NCBI GenBank assembly: GCA_028534125.1
Contig: CM052816.1
Span: 7,626,001 to 7,690,000 of the forward strand
Direction: 5' to 3'
From: Lama glama
Taxonomy: Eukaryota
Length of the DNA stretch: 64,000 nt
Shown piece by piece: positions 48,601 through 54,600 of this stretch; the first letter of the stretch is position 1, and each line of letters opens with the position of its first letter. Position numbers and translations under genes: made by a program. The notes beneath the pieces are model-generated. The model saw only the letters and a program-made list of their open reading frames with translations. It was not told the DNA's origin and did no database searches.

Positions 48601-49374
48601 AGGTCTGTTTGCTAGTCATGAAAGGACCCCGGGCCCTTAGTCGCTCTGTTCACTTTCTGCGAGGCTCTTGTGGGGCAGAAGGCACTGCCTGGCCTGTGGG
48701 GCTTCTGGGAACAGGATTGCGTCTAGCGGCTAGGCGATAGGGAGGCCAAGTCCATCTCAGCAGAAAGAGGAGTTTTGAAAGCTGTGCAGAAATGGAGCCA
48801 GCTCTGCCAGGAGGTGGAGCGCCTGCCGCAGGAGGGGTGTGAGCAGAGGCTGCAGGGCGACTTGGAGGGAGCGTGGTTTGGAGGAGCCAGTGGTTGGAAG
48901 GCTGTGTTGGGTTGATCAGTCATTTTTCTAATGGTTCCTCGCAAAGTCCTGGAGGTTCTGTGGCGCCCCTTGGAGGCTGCTTTGATGAGGACACAGGGTG
49001 GCCAGATGGGCAGGGCTGTCCCCTCCCTAGAACTACTCCGCTTCGGGGTCCAGAACCGACTGACTAGGCTCCAGCACTTCCTAGACCTGGGGCTTCAGGC
49101 AAGTTCTTTAAAACCTCTCTGTGTCCCTGTTCCCTCCCCCATAAAGAGATGACAATCTGCCTGCTTCCTAGGGCCAGGGCAAGGATTGAATGGCAAACGT
49201 ACCTATGGCACTTTGCCCAGGGCCTGGCACACACCCAACAACCCTGTTTTTCTCCACTCTTACTCTGTTGGTTTCCACAGGACTTTGAAACCTACTGCAC
49301 CACATCATCTTTAAGTCCTCAAAATTTTTGTTTATTTAGAGTCTACCAAAAATGACCACGAGGGGCCTCAGTGA
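21508..49374 (+). CDS. TNIP1: TNFAIP3-interacting protein 1 (ABIN-1/Naf1), spliced CDS of 17 coding exons, 1905 nt / 634 aa
   Basis: Exons join in frame from MEGRGPYRIYDPGG to ESTKNDHEGPQ*. Exon lengths 136,135,86,81,192,95,121,90,66,132,129,132,126,66,192,91,35 sum to 1905. Contains LIR EFEVV, AHD1 EALSIQ..LLRKQEL and the UBAN motif DFQRERSDRE. Confidence 0.97.
22802..22936 (+). CDS. TNIP1: TNIP1 coding exon 2
   Basis: (G)ELLEESQMEASRLRQKAEELVKDSEPLPPPSPSLASFDHLAELT; ccccAG acceptor, ACAG|GTAC donor. Confidence 0.95.
24308..24393 (+). CDS. TNIP1: TNIP1 coding exon 3
   Basis: (G)KDADVPAPPADPARPCDKPEPIPKPPSS; tctccAG acceptor, GTAAGT donor. Confidence 0.93.
25816..25896 (+). CDS. TNIP1: TNIP1 coding exon 4 (LIR motif SSEFEVV)
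   Basis: GTSSEFEVVPTEGHSPPESSGRTRDTT; ctgcacAG acceptor, GTGAGT donor. Confidence 0.94.
26358..26413 (+). repeat. Imperfect (CA)n microsatellite in a TNIP1 intron
   Basis: cacacacacatgcacacacacacgcacatacacacatgcgcacacacgcacacaca. Confidence 0.85.
28245..28436 (+). CDS. TNIP1: TNIP1 coding exon 5
   Basis: YLGPLPHEDSNLMLHLQRLETTLSVCAEEPDRSQLFMHLSRMALEFNRLASKVHKNEQRTSILQ; GTGAGG donor. Confidence 0.95.
31955..32049 (+). CDS. TNIP1: TNIP1 coding exon 6
   Basis: TLCEQLRKENEALKAKLDKGLEQRDQAAERL(R); CG|GTGAGT donor. Confidence 0.95.
32420..32616. mobile_element. MER5-family DNA transposon fragment
   Basis: GTGCATCAAGACCACC...CTGCATTTTCC...CACTTGAGAAGCACTG. Confidence 0.5.
33647..33767 (+). CDS. 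TNIP1: TNIP1 coding exon 7
   Basis: EENLELKKLLTSSGKDGASGQPGSPKLEGAGKKEVAPQPQ; CAG|GTATGT donor. Confidence 0.94.
35830..37010 (-). mobile_element. Old L1M-type LINE 3' fragment
   Basis: AT-rich 1.2-kb block with TTTGTATTTTGAAATAACTTTAAACTT, TCCAGGACCCCCCATTGCATTTAGTTGTCATGT and CCACTTCTCCAAGGAGCCCTGTTTCTTTTAGT motifs typical of L1MB/L1MC 3' ends. Confidence 0.65.
37495..37584 (+). CDS. TNIP1: TNIP1 coding exon 8
   Basis: ASVTAGKISEVGALGAAEKKVRMLEQQRTE; GAG|GTAGGT donor. Confidence 0.94.
39243..39308 (+). CDS. TNIP1: TNIP1 coding exon 9
   Basis: LLEVNKQWDQHFRSMKQQYEQK; AAG|GTAGCG donor. Confidence 0.95.
39471..39602 (+). CDS. TNIP1: TNIP1 coding exon 10 (followed by a GC donor)
   Basis: ITELRQKLADLQKQVTDLEAEREQKQRDFDRKLLLAKSKIEMEE; donor GAG|GCAAGT keeps frame with the next exon (TDKEQL). 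Confidence 0.92.
41945..42073 (+). CDS. TNIP1: TNIP1 coding exon 11
   Basis: TDKEQLTAEAKELRQKVKYLQDQLSPLTRQREYQEKEIQRLNR; AGG|GTGGGC donor. Confidence 0.95.
44289..44420 (+). CDS. TNIP1: TNIP1 coding exon 12 (AHD1 region)
   Basis: ALEEALSIQASPASPPTAFGSPEGAGGLLRKQELVTQNELLKQQ; CAG|GTGAGG donor. Confidence 0.95.
44768..44861 (+). mobile_element. Short tRNA-derived SINE (same family), nested in an older element
   Basis: GGGGGAGGGTAATAGCACAGTGGTAGAG...GGTCCTGGGTTCAATCCCCGGTACCTCCA + poly(A); flanking AGTAACT duplicated. Confidence 0.82.
45618..45743 (+). CDS. TNIP1: TNIP1 coding exon 13 (UBAN ubiquitin-binding core, DFxxER; Asp472 codon at 45636-45638)
   Basis: VKIFEEDFQRERSDRERMNEEKEELKKQVEKLQAQVTLSNAQ; CAG|GTGAGA donor. 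Confidence 0.97.
46249..46314 (+). CDS. TNIP1: TNIP1 coding exon 14 (basic, NLS-like QKRKAK)
   Basis: LKAFKDEEKAKEALRQQKRKAK; AAG|GTGAGG donor. Confidence 0.94.
46655..46846 (+). CDS. TNIP1: TNIP1 coding exon 15 (Pro/Tyr-rich)
   Basis: TSADRYHVEPHPEHLCGAYPYAYPPMPPMMPHHGFEDWSQIRYPPPPTAMEHPPPHPNSRLFHL; CTG|GTGAGT donor. Confidence 0.95.
47708..47798 (+). CDS. TNIP1: TNIP1 coding exon 16
   Basis: PEYTWRLPCGGIRNQSSQVMDSPAARPAEP; ttgttgcAG acceptor, CAG|GTGAGC donor. Confidence 0.93.
48000..48575 (+). mobile_element. L2 LINE relic (one of several, e.g. ~1360-1700, 10490-10960, 20270-20620, 31430-31660, 61760-62400)
   Basis: CATTCCTTCATTCA...TGCCAGGCACTGTGCT...TTTGCATTTTAAAAAGCTCCCTTTGG pattern. 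Confidence 0.55.
49340..49374 (+). CDS. TNIP1: TNIP1 last coding exon, proximal acceptor (alpha-type C-terminus)
   Basis: tttgtttatttAG acceptor; (E)STKNDHEGPQ-TGA. Confidence 0.9.
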
Positions 49375-49413
49375 GACCAGATTACGTCACTTGGCTCCAC
49401 CTTCGTCTTACAG

Positions 49414-49445
49414 AGCCAGCTGACTTCAGACTACCGAAAAACTAG
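49414..49445 (+). CDS. TNIP1: TNIP1 alternative last exon, distal acceptor (beta-type C-terminus, 633-aa isoform)
   Basis: ccttcgtcttacAG acceptor in the same phase; (E)PADFRLPKN-TAG resembles the human isoform ending PADLRLPRN as I recall it. Confidence 0.8.
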
Positions 49446-50087
49446 AGGCCACGTGCTCTGTGTGGCCAGAGCCTCCAGGAGGCTGAGATGGATGGCCAAC
49501 TTGTGCTCTGGCCCCAACCCGAACTGTTTCCAGACTGGGGAGGCTCCATCCAGAAGGCATCCGTCCGGGCCTCTCCTTTGGAGTGATCGGGAAAAACTCA
49601 CTACTCTGCCACTGAGTGGAGAGAAGCGTCATGTGGCCTTGGCCTGCCATCCTCTGCAGGAGCTGCCGGGGGATGTCAGTCTTTAGTGGGGTGCAATCAA
49701 GACCCCTTCGTTTCAAAACTTCCCCAGAAGTGTTTCAGCAGCCCCTCTGGGGACCACATTCAATTCATGTGTTTTATTTTTGCTTCAAGCTCTGCTGTAG
49801 CAGGACCTGCCCCATGCATACCCTCTCTACTCCGAGGGGCTGCGGGAAGAGCAGGTTTGCCTCCAGGAGCAGAAGAAAACCACGAGTCATCCTGCTGCTG
49901 GGCCCCCGCCCATGGCAGCCTCACCAGTGCCACTGCAGCCCGGGATGAAGGCCATCCCAGCCACATCTGCCAACAGCCCCAGCCTGAAGCTGCCAGGCCC
50001 TCGGCCTGTAGCTGGAGGCCTGTGGTCCCGGAGGCCTGGATTGGGGTGGCTCTTGATCCCTGGGCAACTGTTTGCACGAATCTTGGA

Positions 50088-50093
50088 CATAAA
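50088..50093 (+). terminator. TNIP1: Candidate TNIP1 polyA signal, variant CATAAA
   Basis: I saw no AATAAA/ATTAAA downstream of the stop; CATAAA is followed ~20 nt later by a GU/U-rich tract (ttttgtgactggtgttcttt). Confidence 0.55.
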
Positions 50094-50506
50094 TCCAAGT
50101 TGAAGATCAACATTTTGTGACTGGTGTTCTTTGATGCCCTGGCTAATGTTCCCCTCCCAGTCAACCAGAGTGTGGCTTTCCTGTTGCCTCCCTCGGTGCT
50201 CTGTTCCTCCCAGACCCCCTGAGAGCATCACCATTACTCTTGGCAGATGTCTCCTGGGGCCCTGCTCAGAGCCGCCACGAGCGCTGGGCGTCCAGGGCCT
50301 GGGAGTCAGGCAACCTGGATTTATATTCGGTCCTTCCCCTCACTTGTCAGGAGACCTTGGACAAGGCCTGGCCCTTCTCTGAGCCTCAGTTTCCTCATCT
50401 GTCAAACGAAACCACCACATCTCAGCCCTAGCTGCCTTAGAGAATGGTGGGATGAGAGGAGACGTGGACTGGTCTTATAAACTCCAAATGCTGACCGAGG
50501 AAGCAG

Positions 50507-50590
50507 AGCAGGCCTAGGTAGAAACCAAAAAGCAAGGGTCCAAAGCACTGCCTTCATTTTGTTTTCTCTTCTCCTCCCTGCCTCCCGCCC
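50507..50590 (+). repeat. Left arm of an ~84-bp inverted repeat (partner 53429-53511)
   Basis: AGCAGGCCTAGGTAGAAACCAAAAAGCAAGGGTCCAAAGCACTGCCTTCATTTTGTTTTCTCTTCTCCTCCCTGCCTCCCGCCC equals the reverse complement of 53429-53511 apart from 3 substitutions and 1 indel. Confidence 0.93.
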
Positions 50591-50648
50591 TCACTGGCGC
50601 AGCCGCTTGAGGAAGCACCACAGGAGGCTGAGCTGCTGCAGAAAGGCC

Positions 50649-50654
50649 TTTACT
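50649..50654 (-). terminator. GPX3: Candidate GPX3 polyA signal, variant AGTAAA
   Basis: Minus strand CCT-AGTAAA-GGCCTTTCTGCAGC, ~120 nt after the SECIS; I saw no canonical AATAAA in the 3'UTR. Confidence 0.65.
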
Positions 50655-50769
50655 AGGCACACAGGGATGAGTCTAACGCCAGTGGGTCAGGGTGAGGGGA
50701 GAGGGCACGTCCTCCGAAGGAGCGGGGGTGGCATCCCTGCCCGGGGGCTTCAGCCTGAATGCACTAAGG

Positions 50770-50845
50770 GCTGGCCCTTCAGACAGGCTCAAGGGAGGCC
50801 CGCCCACTAGGGCTTCGGGCCCCTCCTTCATTCAGATGCCGCCTC
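50770..50845 (-). promoter_or_regulatory. GPX3: SECIS element (type II) in the GPX3 3'UTR
   Basis: Minus strand reads AUGA(50831-50828)-AGGAGGGGCCC-GAA-GCCC-UAGU-GGGC-GGGCCUCCCU-UGAG(50791-50788): AUGA/GA core, helix II, unpaired AA and an apical mini-stem. Confidence 0.92.
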
Positions 50846-51467
50846 TGACCTGGCGAACGTGGTCCTCGCTCTCACAGCTGCCTTGGCCACTCTCAGGGAA
50901 CACTGTGGGGTGGGTAGGGGGCTTGGGAGGGCCCTCAGGAAGGAGAGGAGGGAGGTTGGGCAGTGTGGCAGACCCAGAAGCTTCCAGGCACTTCAGTGTT
51001 GGTGTTTAGAGGCAGTGGGGGATGCTGGCGCCAAGGGTTGACGTTTAGGTAGGAGCAGAACAATTGAATCTAGAGCTGGTTTTTTCCTTTGGGCTCAGCT
51101 GAAAGTGAATTGGTATCATTGGAACAGAGAGCCGGAGAGAAAAGGGAGTTATTCTCTGGTACTCTCCACGGCATACAGCTGTGGGCACACAGACAGTACA
51201 CATTCCTGGATATTCGTGCAGGTCAACACATATGGCTGTACACTCACATGTGTGCACACACGGTCACACACACCCATAGGCATAGAATGCAGACACCCAC
51301 GTGCACAGCAGTACAGACACAATCGTATGCGCACATTCCTGTCAGGCTGGGGCTTTGTGTAACAGGGTCTAGAGTGGGAGTGTGGTGTGGTTGGAGAAGT
51401 GGATTCCTTCCTGCACAGGGTCCTCCCCAGCCCCTGCACGGTGGACATAGGTTGGGGTGGGCCTCAG

Positions 51468-51689
51468 TTACTTCCCCTTGGCCTCCAGGGCCGCCCGCCG
51501 CCGCATGTAGGCCAGGATGTCCATCTTGACAGTGTTGACCGTGGTCCGGTGGTACCAGCGCATGATGGGTATACCGTCTGGCCCCACCAGGAACTTCTCA
51601 AAGTTCCAGCGGATGTCGTGGACCTTCATGGGTTCCCAGAAGAGGCGGCCAGGTGAGCCCAGGAGCTCCGAGGTAGGAGGACAGGAGTT
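51468..51689 (-). CDS. GPX3: GPX3 exon 5 coding part
   Basis: [76 protein letters not shown]. Confidence 0.96.
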   Translation of the reverse strand, partial: NSCPPTSELLGSPGRLFWEPMKVHDIRWNFEKFLVGPDGIPIMRWYHRTTVNTVKMDILAYMRRRAALEAKGK

Positions 51690-54600
51690 CTGGAGCGGGC
51701 ATGAGAGTAACGTTAGCCCTGCTTGGGGCCCCTCCCACTGCCTCCCTAGGCCTTTTTGTGGGTAGGGGAATAGCCTGGCACTGGGAAAGAACACCAGTTT
51801 CAGAGTTAGAAAACTGAATCCCAGCCCTGGCTCTAGCAGATTGTGAGACCCTAAGCTTGTCCCTTTTGGGGCCCACCTGTAAAACGGGCTGGTGAGACCC
51901 TAAGATCTGCAAAGCTTTCTAGCTGGAATAACAATCAGATGCCAAGAAATTCCCCAGGAGCCCAGGAGCAGAGGAGGTTGGCACGGCCCTTGCCTACATG
52001 GGCTGGAGCCAGGAGCAGCTGCAGCCCCGTCCAGAGCCAGCATCCGCCGGGCAGAGAGGCTCCTACAGAGCTGGCTGTGAACTCACCTTCAGGAATGTGT
52101 AGAACTTCTGCTCTTTCTCCCCGTTCACATCCCCTTTCTCAAAGAGTTGGAAGTTCGGAACGAAACCCCCACCTGGTCGGACATACCTACAAGGAATGTT
52201 CTTATGTGGGTCCCAGGAAGATGGGCACAGGGCTCAGAAATGAGAGGAAGGGCTAGAACAGGGGAGGGGTGTTGGGAATCCGTGAATTTTGCTCTATAGT
52301 GGGCAGTGGGAGCTGATGAATATTGAGTGGGCAGAGGCATAATGTGGGTCTGCAGTCTTTTTCCAGTTTGGTACTGTCTCAGTCACCCCTGGCCCGCACT
52401 GTCCTCCCTGACCCTGGTCATGCAGTCACAACCAGTCATCCCTGTCCCTGTCCCTCTCCTGTCCCTCTTCCACTCATTCCACTAATCGGGGTTCCTGGAA
52501 GGGGACAGTAGTTCTTGGTGGTGTCCATCATGAGTAGGGGTCAGTGCAAGAGATGCCCAGAGCCTGGGCTGGGGGGCAGGGTGGGATGTGCTAGCGGAGC
52601 CTTCTCCAGACACCGAGCGAGCACTCACTTGAGACTGGGTAGGATCTCCGAGTTCTCTCCTGGTTCCTGTTTTCCGAATTGGTTGCAGGGGAAGCCCAGA
52701 ATGACCAGACCAAATGGCCCCAGCTCTTCCTGTAGTGCATTCAGTTCTGGGCCAGGGAGGGAGAGAGCAGAGATGAGGGGGTAGCCTGGCACGGAGCCCT
52801 GCCTGCCATGTACCACTCCACCTGTTCACCCACTGTACAGATGACATCACTGAGGCCTGACGGGAAGAGACTTGCCCAAGATCCCCCAGTGAGTGTGGCA
52901 ATGCTGGGACTCAAGTCCCAACCTCCCGGTTCCAACGTGGCTGGGCTGGAGGTTGGGGGTAAACAGCAATACGCTTCCTCGTCAGTAGTCAGTCGCCCGC
53001 CCATGGCCAAGGTCCACCCCGTGGCCCCGCAGGCTGAGGGCTCCTTCAGGCCTCTCAGGATTGAGTTTCCTGGAGCAGGAACCAGACAACTTCCCCAGGG
53101 TGGGGTGGAGTGGGCCCTCACAACCCTCCTCTACTCAGAATTCAGGAATCCCAGGGAGGTCGTGCCCAGCTCCCCAGATCACTTTGCCTGCGATTCTCAA
53201 CATTCTGCGTCAGACTGCCTTTGCCTGCCCCCCACCCCCACTAGCAGACTGTGCTCAGCCCCAAAGCACTTTCTTGTGGGTGCTGTCAGGTGCCTTTGGC
53301 TTGGCTATTCCCTCAGGCTTTTAACTCTGCCCCAGCTAGGGAGAAAGGAGTGAGGATACTAGGGATCGTGAAACCTGGGGGAAATGCCCGGTTCTGCCAC
53401 GAACACACATACTCTCAGGCCCCTGCTGGGGCGGGAGGCAGGGGGAGAAGAGAAAACAAAATGAAGGGAGTGCTTTGGACCCTTGGTTTTTGGTTTCTAT
53501 CTAGGCCTGCTTTCCAGGGTCCAAGAGAAGCACTAAGGCAGATGGGGCCGAGGGCAGGTGAGAAATTCTCAGCAAGCTAACGCTATTATTTCTTACTCCA
53601 GTGAAAGGCACAAACCCAGTCTCCCCCATCCCTCTGCTTTTAGGGCTGTTGAGGTGCCCAGGGATGAAGGGTAACTGAGAATCTTCTAGTACACGTTTGA
53701 AGGCGATCAGACTTCAGGCTTATATAATCATTTTCACAGAACCGTGGAACACAGCGGAACTGGGATACAGGGTTTGGAATCTCATGATCACCTTACCCCT
53801 TCCGCCTTGCACCAGAAAAGCTCCTGTGACTGGAATGTACCCAACTGGCAGAAGCAGCCCCAAATAAAGCAGGGGAGGAGGGATGGGCTCTTACCAATGT
53901 ACTGGCTTGTCAGGCCTCAGTAGCTGGCCACGTTGACAAAGAGGATGTATTTGCCAGCGTAGTGCTTAAAGGGGATGTACTCCTCCCCATCGATGGTGAG
54001 GGCTCCGTACTCGTAGATGGTGCCGCTCGCTCCAGTGTGGCAGTCCGTCTGGAGCAGAAGCCAGGGAGCGGTCAGAGCGGGAAGGGAACTTGGACGCCAG
54101 TTTTCAGGATAACAGGGAGAGGTGAAACTGACTTGCCCAAACGGTCTTGACTCGCGCAAGACCACTCCAAGAATTAGAGCTGGACTAGCACTGAGGTCTC
54201 CTAATTGCTCGTATAAGATAATAATTTTGAAAGCACTTAATAAGCTGGTGAGTGCTATGGAAACTTGGAGAATTACTCACTACGGCCATTATACTTCTGG
54301 GCTACACATCAATTAATCAATGTTCAGCAGGCAGGTTCTGAGGGAGACGACCGTGATGCTGGTGGTTGTGTTCTTGGATGGGCTGGTGGAGACTGCCTGG
54401 GGGGCTGTTGCAATGACGCAGGCAGGTGATGATGGGAGCCTGAACTAGAGCATTGTGAGGAAGAACCGAACCGAAAGGAGGAAGCAGCAGTATGGAGAGT
54501 GGTGATTCAGAGGTTCCAAATNNNNNNNNNNNNNNNNNNNNNNNNNNNNNNNNNNNNNNNNNNNNNNNNNNNNNNNNNNNNNNNNNNNNNNNNNNNNNNN

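Noticed and set aside
53917-53919. GPX3 as a pseudogene because of an internal stop
   Set aside because: The UGA is at the catalytic Sec position, all exons and splice sites are intact, and a SECIS is present
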